A stretch of DNA of 64,000 nucleotides from an uncultured Actinomycetota bacterium (GTDB lineage Bacteria; Actinomycetota; Actinomycetes; JAFAQI01). The DNA is taken from contig CAVYQE010000002.1 of assembly GCA_963770565.1 (NCBI GenBank), forward strand, positions 656,672 to 720,671, read 5' to 3'. A program made the translations under genes and the position numbers. This document shows, piece by piece, positions 47,114 through 57,861 of this stretch (position 1 is its first letter; each line of letters opens with the position of its first letter). Below the pieces are notes generated by a model. The model ran no database searches. It was not told the DNA's origin and worked only from the letters and a program-made list of their open reading frames with translations.

Positions 47114-47590
47114 ATGCGGATCAGCAAGTTCATGGCGGTCGGCGCCGCCGGATGCGCCATCACGGCCGCGCTCACGATTCCTGCTGCCGCCGGCCCCGCC
47201 CATCACGCCGCCAAGCCGGCCGCGGCCACGCCGGCCAGGACGAAGCAGTTCCCCTCCACGCTGACCCCCCACACGGTCAAGCCGGGCACACACATGGTGC
47301 TCAAGGGCCACGGCGCGAAGAAGAGCACGTCCTACAGCTGCGTCTTCGTCGTGATCAAGGGCTCCGACTACGCGATCGGTCCGATCAAGAACATCAAGTC
47401 GACGAAGTCCGGCAAGGTCACCTGCAAGCTGACGTTCCAGCCCTACAAGGCGTCTGACTTCGCCAACGGCAAGACCCACCACTGCCCGTTGACCGCGAAG
47501 GACAAGAAGGCGCACTGGAGGTGCGGGGTCGCGGTCTCGACGATCGACAAGTCATCCGCGACGATCCAGTACTTCACGGCCAAGAAGTAA
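47114..47590 (+). CDS. Small secreted Lys-rich hypothetical protein
   Basis: Signal peptide MRISKFMAVGAAGCAITAALTIPAAAG. GGAGGA RBS. 158 aa, four Cys, unusually Lys-rich for this genome. Confidence 0.5.
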   Translation: MRISKFMAVGAAGCAITAALTIPAAAGPAHHAAKPAAATPARTKQFPSTLTPHTVKPGTHMVLKGHGAKKSTSYSCVFVVIKGSDYAIGPIKNIKSTKSGKVTCKLTFQPYKASDFANGKTHHCPLTAKDKKAHWRCGVAVSTIDKSSATIQYFTAKK

Positions 47591-47611
47591 GGACCGGCGA
47601 TCCCGCCTCGA

Positions 47612-48154
47612 TCACCCCGATCGAGGCGGGATCCAATCTTCGGCCAGCAAACCCATGACGAGCTCGTCCACGAACGCGCCACTGACCCAGGCCGAGGCCC
47701 TCAGCGTGCCTTCCGGCACGAAACCTGAGTTGCGCGCGGCTGCGATCATCGCCGCATTGTCGGCAAGTGTGTCGACCTGCAACCGGTGCAGCCCGCGAAC
47801 CACGAACCCGTAGTGGCACATCACCGCGACGACGTCGGCGCCGTATCCCTTACCGCGGCAGGCCGACAGCAATGACACCCCGACGTGCGCACAGCGATTG
47901 AAGGTGTCGATCCCCCAGAGCAACGCGTCACCGGCGATCTCGTCGTCGGCCAGCGTCACGACCGTGAAGGTCGCGGTGTCGCCCGGCCGGGACTCCACGG
48001 CGTACGGCGACGCACCTGAGTCCACCGAGATCGGCCGCCAGGGCCGCGAGTCGGCGCGAGACCTGGTCACCACGTCGTCATAGAGGGCGGCATGCAGGAT
48101 CGGGACGTCGGACGTTTGGCGGGCCCGCAGCCCGACCAGCTCTCCGTGCAACAT
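47612..48154 (-). CDS. GNAT-family N-acetyltransferase
   Basis: Acetyl-CoA binding region ...HVGVSLLSACRGKGYGADVVAVMCHYGF...; about 180 aa. The first ~290 codons of the track ORF 47612..49021 are wrong-frame. Confidence 0.75.
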   Translation of the reverse strand: MLHGELVGLRARQTSDVPILHAALYDDVVTRSRADSRPWRPISVDSGASPYAVESRPGDTATFTVVTLADDEIAGDALLWGIDTFNRCAHVGVSLLSACRGKGYGADVVAVMCHYGFVVRGLHRLQVDTLADNAAMIAAARNSGFVPEGTLRASAWVSGAFVDELVMGLLAEDWIPPRSG

Positions 48155-48193
48155 CGCTGTCGCTCCTGCCCTCGGGTGTGATGAGAATGCGGC

Positions 48194-50224
48194 GTGCATC
48201 TTCCCACTCGAAGGATCCTCGCCGCCCTCGCGCTCGCCACCGCGGCCACCGTCGCCGCGGCGCCGGCCGGTGCCGCCCATCCCAGTACGGCGGCAAAACC
48301 CGCGCCCACGACGCTCACGGTCGGCTCGCTGTCGGTGCATCGGTGCAAGCTCGCGCTCGGTGTCCGCCTGACCTACTGCGGGTCGCTGAAGGTGCCACTC
48401 GACTACAACTCGGCCAAGGACGGCCTGATCACGGTCGGCTTCGGCTGGATCCCGGCCGCGAATCCCGGCACCGGCGAGATGCCGCGCACGATCGTCGCCG
48501 AGGAAGGCGGCCCGGGCTACCCGTCGACCGGCACCGCGCCTGACTACGTCGCGATGATCGGCAACAAGCTGCTCGACCACAACAACCTGCTGCTCGTCGA
48601 TGAGCGCGGCACCGGCCGCTCCACCCCGATCGACTGCAAGGCGATGGAGCACCTTTACATCGTCACGACCACGCCCGCGTTCCTGCACACCGTTCACCAG
48701 TGCGGCGAGTCGCTCAACCACCGGTTCCCGCGCGCCGGCGGTGGGTTCGTCCACGCATCCGACCTGTTCACGACCGCGAACGGCGCGCGCGACTTGGTCG
48801 AGGTGCTGAAGGCGCTCAAGACCGGTCCGGTCGACCTGTACGGCGACTCCTACGGGACCTACTTCGCCCAGTCGTTCCTGTCCCGCTTCCCGACCATGTT
48901 GCGGTCGGTCACCCTCGACTCGGCGTACGAAGCGCGCGACCTGAGTCCCTGGTATCACTCGACCCTGACGACCGCGCGGCGCGCGTTCGACATTGCGTGC
49001 AACCGCAGCGCGGCCTGCCACAGCGCCGCACCGGGCAAGTCATGGAAGCGGATCGCGAAGCTGGCAAGGCTCCTGCGCGCCCACCCCTTCAGCGGCACGG
49101 CACCCGGGGTGGACGCAACCGACGTACCGGTCACGATGACCATCACGTCGCTGGTCAACATCGTCAACGACGCCGGGTATGACTTCGACCCCTACCGCCA
49201 GCTCGACGCAGCGGTCCGTGCCTACCTCGACCACCGCGACGGCACGCCGCTGCTGCGGCTCTACGCGCAGGACATCGGGTACGACTACAGCGACTACAAC
49301 GCGACCGCGACCTACTACTCCGACGGCCAGTACTTCGCGGTCGGCTGCTCGGACTATCCGCAGCTGTTCGACATGCGCGCGACGCCCACCACGCGCAAGG
49401 CGCAGTTTGCAAAGGCTGAGAGCCACTATCCGGCGCATGCCTTCGCGCCGTTCACGGTGAAGGAGTGGGTCGCGGTCAACCCGTTCACCGAGACCTACCA
49501 CGCCTGCACGGCCTGGCCGAAGACGATCCATCGCGCCGACCCGCCGGTGCCGGCCCACGTCTCGATGGACGCGACCCACGTGCCGGTGCTCATCCTCAAC
49601 GGAGCGCTCGACTCGCTGACGCCGGCTGCCGGCGGCGCCCACATCCACCGCCAGATCGGCTCGGCGTCACGATCGATCGTGACCGCCAACACCGTTCACC
49701 TGGTCGCGCTCGATGATCGCTACGGCTGCGGCGCAAGCCTGTATCGCCGGTTCATCACCGCGCCGAGCACCCTGCACTCACTCAACGCCGCCTGTGCCAA
49801 ACAGGTGCCGGCAGTTCAAACGGTCGGCAACTTCCCGCTCACCGTCGCGGCAGCTGCGCCGGCCCACGGCCCGGGTGCTCGACTGATGCGGCAACGCGCC
49901 GCGGTTGCGCTCGAGGCGGCCGGCGACGCGGCGATTCGGTGGAACTACGTCGACGGAAACCGCGACGTGGGGCTTCGGGGCGGGAAGATCCGCTACCACG
50001 CCGCGCCCGGTACGTCGTACACGGCGGTGCTGGATCAGGTTCGCTGGACGGAGGACTCGACCGTGTCGGGTCACGTGACGTTCTCACCCAACGCGCTGTC
50101 TGCGAAGGGGACGGTCATCATCACCGGACCCAGCGGTGAACCGCTGCGCTGCCGTCTGCAATGGCACGGCTCCACCGCAACCCTCATCGTCGGTGGCCGC
50201 ATCCTGCACGCACCATCGCCCTAG
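48194..50224 (+). CDS. Secreted alpha/beta hydrolase, tripeptidyl-aminopeptidase (S33) family
   Basis: Signal peptide MHLPTRRILAALALATAATVAAAPAGA. Oxyanion GGPGYPS; nucleophile elbow LYGDSYGTYFA; 676 aa. Confidence 0.8.
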   Translation: MHLPTRRILAALALATAATVAAAPAGAAHPSTAAKPAPTTLTVGSLSVHRCKLALGVRLTYCGSLKVPLDYNSAKDGLITVGFGWIPAANPGTGEMPRTIVAEEGGPGYPSTGTAPDYVAMIGNKLLDHNNLLLVDERGTGRSTPIDCKAMEHLYIVTTTPAFLHTVHQCGESLNHRFPRAGGGFVHASDLFTTANGARDLVEVLKALKTGPVDLYGDSYGTYFAQSFLSRFPTMLRSVTLDSAYEARDLSPWYHSTLTTARRAFDIACNRSAACHSAAPGKSWKRIAKLARLLRAHPFSGTAPGVDATDVPVTMTITSLVNIVNDAGYDFDPYRQLDAAVRAYLDHRDGTPLLRLYAQDIGYDYSDYNATATYYSDGQYFAVGCSDYPQLFDMRATPTTRKAQFAKAESHYPAHAFAPFTVKEWVAVNPFTETYHACTAWPKTIHRADPPVPAHVSMDATHVPVLILNGALDSLTPAAGGAHIHRQIGSASRSIVTANTVHLVALDDRYGCGASLYRRFITAPSTLHSLNAACAKQVPAVQTVGNFPLTVAAAAPAHGPGARLMRQRAAVALEAAGDAAIRWNYVDGNRDVGLRGGKIRYHAAPGTSYTAVLDQVRWTEDSTVSGHVTFSPNALSAKGTVIITGPSGEPLRCRLQWHGSTATLIVGGRILHAPSP

Positions 50225-50361
50225 GAGACTGCTGAACAACGCCGTCCGTCGCGAGCGACGATCCGATCCGGGCGGCGCGCAGCAGGACAGCGCGTTGTTC
50301 GGCAGCCTCCTAGCGCTCAGCCTGCTACGACGCCGCAACGTGGCCGAATCGTGACCGCAAC

Positions 50362-51408
50362 GTGCTGTCGCAAGCCTGCGTCGACGTTAGTTTCAGGCAA
50401 CCGGATTCGTCGGAGGGTGTCGCGATCAGCCGCAGGCATCTCGTAGTCGTCGCTGGTATGGCGGCGGCCGTACTCTCGGCATGTGGTGGCTCCGGTTCCG
50501 CTGCTGTCTCACCGCAGCCCAGCGCCGCAACCCCGAGTGCCAGCAGCACGTCGAGCCCGGCTTCGGCCAGCCGGTACATCGAGGCGACCGTTCACATCGG
50601 CGCTCAGCCGTGCGCGGTGGAAGGTGGCTACGGCTCGATCTGGGTGAGCGTCTACGGCGCGAACAGAGAACTGCGGATCGACCCCGCCACTCACAAGCTG
50701 CTAGCAAGTTTTCATACCGGCAAGGCGCCGTGCGGCATCGCAGTGGGTGCCGGCTCGGTCTGGGTGGAGAACTACCTAGGAAACTCGGTGACCCGGATCG
50801 ACCCGCGCACGAACAAGGTGTCAGCGACGATCCGAACCGGGATTGCGCCATACGACGTGACCTATCTGGCCGGCGCCGCGTGGGTGACGAACTACTCCGA
50901 TGACACGGTCACCCGCATCGATGCAGCCAGCAACCGGACCACCACCATCAGGGTCGGATCACAACCGACCGGAATCGCTCCAGCCGGCGGCGCAGTGTGG
51001 GTGACCAACAAGACGGACGGCACAATCTCGCGCATCACGCCGAGCACCTTGACGGTGCGAACGACGAAACTCGGTGAATCACCGAGTTGGACCGCCTGGG
51101 GCGGAGGTCGGCTGTGGGTGTCAGACGCCGGTTCGATCGATCAGGTCGACCTCGCCACCGGCAGGTTGTCCCACCAGACCGCGCTCGGCGGTCAGGCCAA
51201 TGACGGAGACATTTCGGACGGCCACGTGTGGGTGAGCGACTCGTCCGGAACCTTGCATGAGGTGGACGCAGCCACTGGCAAGGTGCAGGGGTCGTGGCCA
51301 CTCGGCCTGAACAACCCGTTCGTCCTCGCGGCTTACGCCGGCCGCTTATGGGTGGTCGACTTCAAGGGCACCGACCTCGAAGAGATCGACCCGGCCGGAT
51401 TGACCTGA
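50362..51408 (+). CDS. YVTN-family beta-propeller repeat lipoprotein
   Basis: Lipobox-like LSAC. Seven or eight ~40-aa repeats with the pattern G..P.GIA..G..VWV.N...(T/S)V(T/S)RID. Confidence 0.75.
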   Translation: MLSQACVDVSFRQPDSSEGVAISRRHLVVVAGMAAAVLSACGGSGSAAVSPQPSAATPSASSTSSPASASRYIEATVHIGAQPCAVEGGYGSIWVSVYGANRELRIDPATHKLLASFHTGKAPCGIAVGAGSVWVENYLGNSVTRIDPRTNKVSATIRTGIAPYDVTYLAGAAWVTNYSDDTVTRIDAASNRTTTIRVGSQPTGIAPAGGAVWVTNKTDGTISRITPSTLTVRTTKLGESPSWTAWGGGRLWVSDAGSIDQVDLATGRLSHQTALGGQANDGDISDGHVWVSDSSGTLHEVDAATGKVQGSWPLGLNNPFVLAAYAGRLWVVDFKGTDLEEIDPAGLT

Positions 51409-51675
51409 CCAGGACAACCACCACGGTCGGTGGCAACACCCTGCATGCGCCCGCGCCCTAATCGGGCAGCGAGGGCGATGCAGGGCGGGCCAGCAACGCA
51501 GAGTTGTTATCGGCTGCTACGGCGCGTACGCCGGTAGCAACGGACGACCGCGTTGTCGCGGTCGCGCTTGGCCTGCTCGCGCAACTCATGCGTGCGTGCG
51601 GCAGCTGCCGCTGCCATCACACTTGCGTGCATCGTCTGTCACCTCCTTCACGTTTCTCGTCGGGCATCTCTAGTC

Positions 51676-52449
51676 CTACCGAACACCTACGACAGCCGCG
51701 TCGGTGTAGCCGCGCCACACCAGTCCGGCCTCGACGAACCCGGCTTCTCGCAGTGCCGCGACATGCCACGCCGAGGACATCGTCGACTCGGTGTGTCCCG
51801 AACCGCCGCGGTCGGCGAATCGGGCGTCACGTGCGGCCACGGCATCGGCCAACGCCGGCTCGGTGCGCAACCGTACCCACCAGCCGTCCCAGTCGGTCGC
51901 CCCCGGCACCAATTGGGCCTGCTCCTGCCGCTTCTCAGTCAACGCTGAAAGGGCTCCGGATAATCCGGTCAGACCCTCGTCCGGCATATGGTCGGCGTTG
52001 GCGAAGATCCCGCCCTGGCGAAGCACCGAGGCGGCCTCGGCATACACCCCGGCCACCCGCTCCGGCGTCAGCCAGTGGAGCGCGGTCGCGGTAAGCACCG
52101 CGTCGAACTCCGCGTCGTCGCCGAGCGCCTGCCGCCAGTCCCGGGAGGCGAGATCAGCGGTCAGGACCTGCGCCCGCTCGTCGCCCTCAAAGGTGCCCGC
52201 GGCGATCGCCAACAGGGCAGCATCGACGTCGAGGACGACCGAAGTCGCCTTCGGGAACCGGTCCAGCGCCCGGATCGTGATCGAACCGGTGCCGCCGGCC
52301 AGGTCGAGGATCCGCGGCTCATTGCCCACGGTCGCCTCGACCGCGTCGAGGATGGCGGCGAACCGCTCCTCGCGGTCGGGAAGATAGGTCATCTGCTGGC
52401 TGTCCCACTCCTGCTGGAGGGCGTTCCAGTCCACGTTTGACCTCCTCAT
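51676..52449 (-). CDS. Class I SAM-dependent methyltransferase
   Basis: Motif I ILDLAGGTGSITIRAL; 257 aa. Confidence 0.8.
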   Translation of the reverse strand: MRRSNVDWNALQQEWDSQQMTYLPDREERFAAILDAVEATVGNEPRILDLAGGTGSITIRALDRFPKATSVVLDVDAALLAIAAGTFEGDERAQVLTADLASRDWRQALGDDAEFDAVLTATALHWLTPERVAGVYAEAASVLRQGGIFANADHMPDEGLTGLSGALSALTEKRQEQAQLVPGATDWDGWWVRLRTEPALADAVAARDARFADRGGSGHTESTMSSAWHVAALREAGFVEAGLVWRGYTDAAVVGVR

Positions 52450-52533
52450 ACAGTCATCTTCGGCACGAAGTCCGGTAATAGTTAGCGTTCCTTGTTAGCA
52501 CTTACTCTACCTGAGTGTGAGTAATATGTACAC

Positions 52534-53055
52534 ATGGACTTTGGTCATTACGCCGAACGAGCGGCCGACCTGGCGAATGCCGACCTCAGCACGGTCGAGA
52601 CCCTGCAGTCCTACCTGGACGACCGGGACTGGCTCAGCCAGCGCGTGACCGACGCCGATCTGCGTCCGCTGCGCCGGTTCACCAGCGAGCTCAGCGTCGT
52701 GATCGACGACTCGGCCGCGGGCGACGAGGTCGCCGTGGTCGACCATCTGAACGCCCTGCTCGAGCAGCACCCAGTGCGGCCCCGGATCTCCGGGCACGAC
52801 TCCGAGGACTGGCACCTACACGTGAACGACCGCAACGACGCGGTCGCGGCGATCCTGATCGGCGAGGCGCTGCTCGGGATGACCCTGGCGGTCACCGAGG
52901 TGGGCGCCGACCGGTTCGGCCGTTGCGCCGATCCGACCTGCCGTGGCGCGTTCTTCGACGGCACGGCCAACCACTCCAAGCGCTTCTGCTCCTCGCGCTG
53001 CGCCACCCGCACCAACGTCGCGGCCTACCGGTCGCGGCGGGCCCCGTCGGCTTGA
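52534..53055 (+). CDS. ABATE-domain protein with C-terminal CGNR zinc finger
   Basis: CGNR motif FGRCADPTCRGAFFDGTANHSKRFCSSRC; 173 aa. Confidence 0.8.
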   Translation: MDFGHYAERAADLANADLSTVETLQSYLDDRDWLSQRVTDADLRPLRRFTSELSVVIDDSAAGDEVAVVDHLNALLEQHPVRPRISGHDSEDWHLHVNDRNDAVAAILIGEALLGMTLAVTEVGADRFGRCADPTCRGAFFDGTANHSKRFCSSRCATRTNVAAYRSRRAPSA

Positions 53056-53140
53056 CCGGACCGGCCGGCAGCTCGCCGGGCAAGTCGGGAATGTACGGCG
53101 TCCGAACCGTGTCGTTGCAAGGTGAAACGATAGGGAGGAC

Positions 53141-56100
53141 GTGACCGTTCAACCCGCTCTCCCCGCAACCGCAGACGGCGACCGCAGCGCCGGCTGGCTG
53201 CGGCTGATCTGGAGCTTCGTCGGGCCGGCCAAGCGGCTGCTGCTGGTCAGCTTCGGCGCGGCGCTGCTCACCACCGCGATCATCACCGCGACGCCCCTAG
53301 TGTCCGCCATCATTGTCGACCGCGGTCTCGACCCGCACCACAAGAGCGTGACCGGCTGGCTGGCGGTTCTGTTCGCGCTCGGCGTGCTGCGGTTCTTCGC
53401 GACCCGGGCCCGGCGCTGGCGGGCCGGCCGGGTCAGCTACGACGTACAGTTCCGGCTCCGCACCCGGCTCTACGAGCACCTGGTCGCGCTCGACCCGAGC
53501 GCGCTCGACCGGCTGCGGACCGGGCAGATGGTGTCGCGGGCGAGCGCCGACCTGACCCTCGTCCAGCAGTTCCTGGCATGGGGGCCGCAGGTCGTGGCCA
53601 ACGCGCTACAGCTGGTCGCCAGCATCGTCGCGATGCTCTTCCTGTCCTGGCCGATCGGCCTGGTCGCGCTCGTCACGGTGCCGCTGACCACCTTCATCGG
53701 GATGAAGTCGCGGGCCGGTGTCTTCGCCGCCAGCTGGGACGCCCAGCAGCGCGAGGCCGAGCTCACCAACGGCGTCGAGGAGGCGGTCACCGGTGTCCGG
53801 GTGGTCAAGGGCTTCGGCCAGGAAGCCGCCGAGACCCAGCGGGTCATGGGCGCGGTCCGAAGCATGTACGCCGGCCGGATGCGGGCCGCCCGCCAGCGCG
53901 CGTCGTTCACCTCGACCCTGCAGAGTGTGCCCGCGCTCGGTCAGTTCGGGGTGCTGCTGATCGGCGGCTATCTCGCCCTGCACCACCGGCTCTCGCTCGG
54001 TGACTTCCTGGCCTGTACGACCTACCTCGTCCAGCTCGCCGCACCGGCCCGGATGATCGGCGCGGTCATGGCGCTCGGGCAGCAGGCCCGCGCCGCCGTC
54101 GAGCGGCTGGTCTCGGTGCTCGACACCTCCGCCACGCTGACCGAGTCGCCGACCGCCCGTTCCTTGCCGGCTGGACCGGGTGCGGTCAGCTTCGGCGACG
54201 TGTCGTTCCGCTACTCGGCGGACGGGCCGCTCGTCCTCGACGGTCTCGACTTCGAGCTCGCTCCGGGCGAGGTGGTCGCTGTGGTCGGGCCGTCTGGCTC
54301 GGGCAAGTCGAGCCTGGCCATGTTGCTCCCTCGCTTCTACGACGCGACTGCGGGAGCGGTGCGCATCGACGGCCTCGACGTCCGCGACGTGACCTTCGAC
54401 TCCTTGCGCTCCCGGGTCGGGATGGCGTTCGAGGAGGCATTCCTCTTCTCCGACACGATCCGGGCCAACATCGCCTACGGCAGACCGGACGCCACCGAGG
54501 CCGATGTGCTCGCCGCGGCCGCGGCCGCACAAGCAGCGGAGTTCATCACCGAGCTTCCGGACGGGTACGACACGATCGTCGGCGAGCGCGGGCTGACCCT
54601 TTCCGGCGGCCAGCGGCAGCGGATCGCGCTGGCCCGGCTGCTGCTCGCCGACCCGGAGATCGCCATCCTCGACGACGCGACGAGTGCGGTCGATGCGGCG
54701 GTCGAGGCCGACATCCACGCCGAGCTCCGCCGGTGGAACACCGACCGCACGATCTTGCTGATCGCACACCGCGAGTCGACCGCTCGGCTCGCCGACCGCG
54801 TGGTCCTGCTCGAAGCCGGCCGGATCACGGCGAGTGGCACCCACGACGAGCTGATCGCCGCCAGCCCGCGCTATCGCGAGCTGCTCGAAGCCGCTCCGGT
54901 CAGCAGCCCGCTGCTCAGCCCGGTCACCAGCCGGGCCGACACCCCGCGTCGGCGCGGCGTACAGGCATCTGCCCCGCGCGGCGGACGTCCCGGAGCGGTC
55001 GGCCGGTTCGGTGCGACCTCGGGCGCGGCGAACCGCTGGATCGGACTGATGGCGCCGAGCGCCAACCTGCAGGCCCAGCTCGACGCTTTGCCGCCAACCG
55101 TCGACGAGCTTCCGGACGGGCTGATCGAGGAGGCGGCTGAGGACCAGGCGCCCCTGACCCTGCGACGACTGCTTCATCGCCAGCGAGTAGTCCTCGCCGT
55201 CAGCCTCGCCCTGGTCGTCGCCGACGCGCTCGCGACCCTGGCCCAACCGGAGCTGATCCGGCTCGGCGTCGACAACGGCGTCGCGCGCAACTCGCTGCAC
55301 GCGCTCTTGTTGGTGTCGTTGGGCTTCGCGGTGGTGTCGCTGTTCGACTGGTGGGTGATGTGGGCCGGCGCGATCACCACCGGCCAGGGCAGTGAGCGGC
55401 TGCTCGCGGCGCTTCGGGTCCGGGTCTTCGCCCAGCTGCAGCGGCTCGGGATGGACTTCTACGAGTCCGAGCTGACCGGCCGGATCCTGACCCGGGTCAC
55501 CAGCGACGTCGACACCCTGTCGAGCCTGGTGCAGAACGGCCTGCTCAACGCGGTCGTATCGATGGCAACCCTGGTCGGGATCGCCGTCCTTCTGCTGGCC
55601 ACCGACCTGCGGCTCGGGCTGGCCGCGATGTCGGTCCTGCCGGTGATGGTGGTCCTGACGATCTGGTACCAGAAGCGCTCGACCGTCGCCTACGACCGGC
55701 AACGGGACACGATCGCGACCGTCAACGCGTCGTTCGCAGAGTCCCTCGCCGGCGTCCGGGTCACTCAGGTGCACAACCGTGAGCGCGTCGACATCGCCAA
55801 CTACACCGAGCTCGGCCAGGCGAACTGTGACGCGGGCCTGCGCGCCCTTTCGATCCAGATCTGGTACGTCGCATCGACCGAGCTCATGCAGCAGTTCGCG
55901 ACCGCGCTGGTGCTGACGTTGGGGATCGGGCGGCTGCGCAACGATCCGGGTTTCGCCGGCGTACTGATCGCGTTCGTGCTCTACCTCACGCTGTTCTTCG
56001 CGCCGATCCAGCAGCTCTCGCAGGTCTTCGACTCCTACCAGCAGGCCAGGGCGGGGATGCGAAAGCTCCGGACCCTGCTCAACGAGCCGATCGCGACCCC

Positions 56101-56878
56101 GACCGCTGCCGAGCCGGTCGACGTCGGTGACCTCGACGGCGAGCTGCGGTTCGAGAACGTGCACTACCGCTATCGCCGGGCCAGCACCGAGGCGCTGCGC
56201 GGCGTCGACCTCGTGATCCCGGCCGGCGAGCGGGTTGCGCTCGTCGGCCGCACCGGCGCCGGCAAGAGCACGCTGATGAAGCTCGCCGCGCGCTTCCACG
56301 ACCCGACCGAAGGGCGGGTGCTGGTCGACGGCCACGACCTGCGTGACCTCGACCCGACGGCGTACCGGCAGCAGCTGGGCTACGTGCCGCAGGAGCCGTT
56401 CCTCTTCACCGGGACGATCCGCGACAACGTCGGCTACGGCCGGCCGGACGCGACCGATGCCGAGGTCGAGCAGGTCTGCCGCGAGGTCGGGCTCGCGACC
56501 TGGGTCGACACGCTGCCCGACCGCTACGACACCGAGCTCACCGAGCGCGGCCGCTCGTTGTCGGCCGGCCAGCGCCAACTGGTCTGCCTGGCCCGCGCGT
56601 TGCTCGTCGACCCGGCGATCCTGCTGCTCGACGAGGCAACCGCGACCCTCGACCTGTCCGCAGAGGCGGTCGTCACCCGCGCCATCGATGTAGTGGCCCG
56701 GGGCCGTACGACGATGGTGATCGCGCACCGGTTGCAGACCGCGCGGACCGCGGATCGGATCCTCGTGGTGGACGCCGGACTGGTCGTCGAGGACGGCACT
56801 CACGACGAGCTGATCGCGGCTGGCGGCTTCTACGGCAGAATGTGGAACGCCTTCACCGCCGCGTCGCGCGTGGCCTGA
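53141..56878 (+). CDS. Fused ABC exporter (TMD-NBD-TMD-NBD in one 1245-aa polypeptide)
   Basis: Two Walker A motifs (GPSGSGKSS, GRTGAGKST), two ABC signatures (LSGGQRQR, LSAGQRQL) and two six-helix TMDs joined by a Pro/Arg/Ala-rich linker. Confidence 0.9.
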   Translation: MTVQPALPATADGDRSAGWLRLIWSFVGPAKRLLLVSFGAALLTTAIITATPLVSAIIVDRGLDPHHKSVTGWLAVLFALGVLRFFATRARRWRAGRVSYDVQFRLRTRLYEHLVALDPSALDRLRTGQMVSRASADLTLVQQFLAWGPQVVANALQLVASIVAMLFLSWPIGLVALVTVPLTTFIGMKSRAGVFAASWDAQQREAELTNGVEEAVTGVRVVKGFGQEAAETQRVMGAVRSMYAGRMRAARQRASFTSTLQSVPALGQFGVLLIGGYLALHHRLSLGDFLACTTYLVQLAAPARMIGAVMALGQQARAAVERLVSVLDTSATLTESPTARSLPAGPGAVSFGDVSFRYSADGPLVLDGLDFELAPGEVVAVVGPSGSGKSSLAMLLPRFYDATAGAVRIDGLDVRDVTFDSLRSRVGMAFEEAFLFSDTIRANIAYGRPDATEADVLAAAAAAQAAEFITELPDGYDTIVGERGLTLSGGQRQRIALARLLLADPEIAILDDATSAVDAAVEADIHAELRRWNTDRTILLIAHRESTARLADRVVLLEAGRITASGTHDELIAASPRYRELLEAAPVSSPLLSPVTSRADTPRRRGVQASAPRGGRPGAVGRFGATSGAANRWIGLMAPSANLQAQLDALPPTVDELPDGLIEEAAEDQAPLTLRRLLHRQRVVLAVSLALVVADALATLAQPELIRLGVDNGVARNSLHALLLVSLGFAVVSLFDWWVMWAGAITTGQGSERLLAALRVRVFAQLQRLGMDFYESELTGRILTRVTSDVDTLSSLVQNGLLNAVVSMATLVGIAVLLLATDLRLGLAAMSVLPVMVVLTIWYQKRSTVAYDRQRDTIATVNASFAESLAGVRVTQVHNRERVDIANYTELGQANCDAGLRALSIQIWYVASTELMQQFATALVLTLGIGRLRNDPGFAGVLIAFVLYLTLFFAPIQQLSQVFDSYQQARAGMRKLRTLLNEPIATPTAAEPVDVGDLDGELRFENVHYRYRRASTEALRGVDLVIPAGERVALVGRTGAGKSTLMKLAARFHDPTEGRVLVDGHDLRDLDPTAYRQQLGYVPQEPFLFTGTIRDNVGYGRPDATDAEVEQVCREVGLATWVDTLPDRYDTELTERGRSLSAGQRQLVCLARALLVDPAILLLDEATATLDLSAEAVVTRAIDVVARGRTTMVIAHRLQTARTADRILVVDAGLVVEDGTHDELIAAGGFYGRMWNAFTAASRVA

Positions 56879-56917
56879 GGGATCGCCGTTGCATCTTCCG
56901 TCCTGGAAAGGCAGACC

Positions 56918-57859
56918 ATGCCGCTCGACCCGCAGATCGCCGGAATCCTCGCCCTGCTCGAGCAGATGGGCGCGCCATCGGTAGCGAGCGGCACGCCGGA
57001 GCAGGCCCGCGCGCTCTTCCGGGCCTCGACGGTCGGCTTGCGCGACCCCGCGTCGAACGCGGTCGTTCGCTCGGTCGAGGACTCCACCATCCCTGGGCCG
57101 GTCGGCGACATCCCGATTCGGACCTACCGCCCCGAGGTCGACGGTCCGACCCCGACGATCGCCTTCTTCCACGGCGGCGGGTTCGTGATCGGCGACATCG
57201 AGACCCACGACGACCAGGCCCGTTTGCTCTGCCGCGATGTCGGCATCGTCGTGGTCAGTGTCGACTACCGACTGGCGCCGGAGAACAAGTTCCCGGCCGG
57301 GTTTGAGGACTGCCTGGCCGCGACGCGTTGGGTGAGTGACCACGTCGGTGAGCTCGGCGGCGACCCCGCCCGGATCGTGGTGGGCGGCGACAGCGCGGGC
57401 GGCAACCTCGCGGCCGCGGTTGCGCTCGCGGTCAGGGACACCGGCCCACGGCTGGCCGCCCAGTTCCTGATCTATCCCGGCGTGGACTTCGTCGAGGACG
57501 CCGACTATCCGTCGCGGGTGGAGAACGCCGAGGGTTACTACCTGACCGCGGAGGAGATGACGTGGTTCGGCAACCACTACATCGACCCGTCAACCGACCT
57601 CAACGACCCGCGTGCCTCGCCGATCCGCGCCGCCGACTTGTCCGGGGTCGCGCCCGCAGTGATCGGTACGGCGGAGTACGACCCGCTTCGCGACGAGGGC
57701 GAGGCCTACGCCAAAGCGCTCGCCGATGCCGGCGTCGACGTCAGGTTGCAGCGCTACGACGGCATGATCCACGGCTTCTACGGCCTCGGCGTACACAGCG
57801 CGGCCGCAGCTGCCGCGGTCACAGACCTGAACCGCACCCTGCGTGACCTCCTGAGCTAA
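56918..57859 (+). CDS. Alpha/beta hydrolase, hormone-sensitive-lipase-like esterase/lipase
   Basis: HGGGF oxyanion motif and GDSAGGNLA nucleophile elbow; 313 aa. Confidence 0.85.
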   Translation: MPLDPQIAGILALLEQMGAPSVASGTPEQARALFRASTVGLRDPASNAVVRSVEDSTIPGPVGDIPIRTYRPEVDGPTPTIAFFHGGGFVIGDIETHDDQARLLCRDVGIVVVSVDYRLAPENKFPAGFEDCLAATRWVSDHVGELGGDPARIVVGGDSAGGNLAAAVALAVRDTGPRLAAQFLIYPGVDFVEDADYPSRVENAEGYYLTAEEMTWFGNHYIDPSTDLNDPRASPIRAADLSGVAPAVIGTAEYDPLRDEGEAYAKALADAGVDVRLQRYDGMIHGFYGLGVHSAAAAAAVTDLNRTLRDLLS

Positions 57860-57861
57860 CC

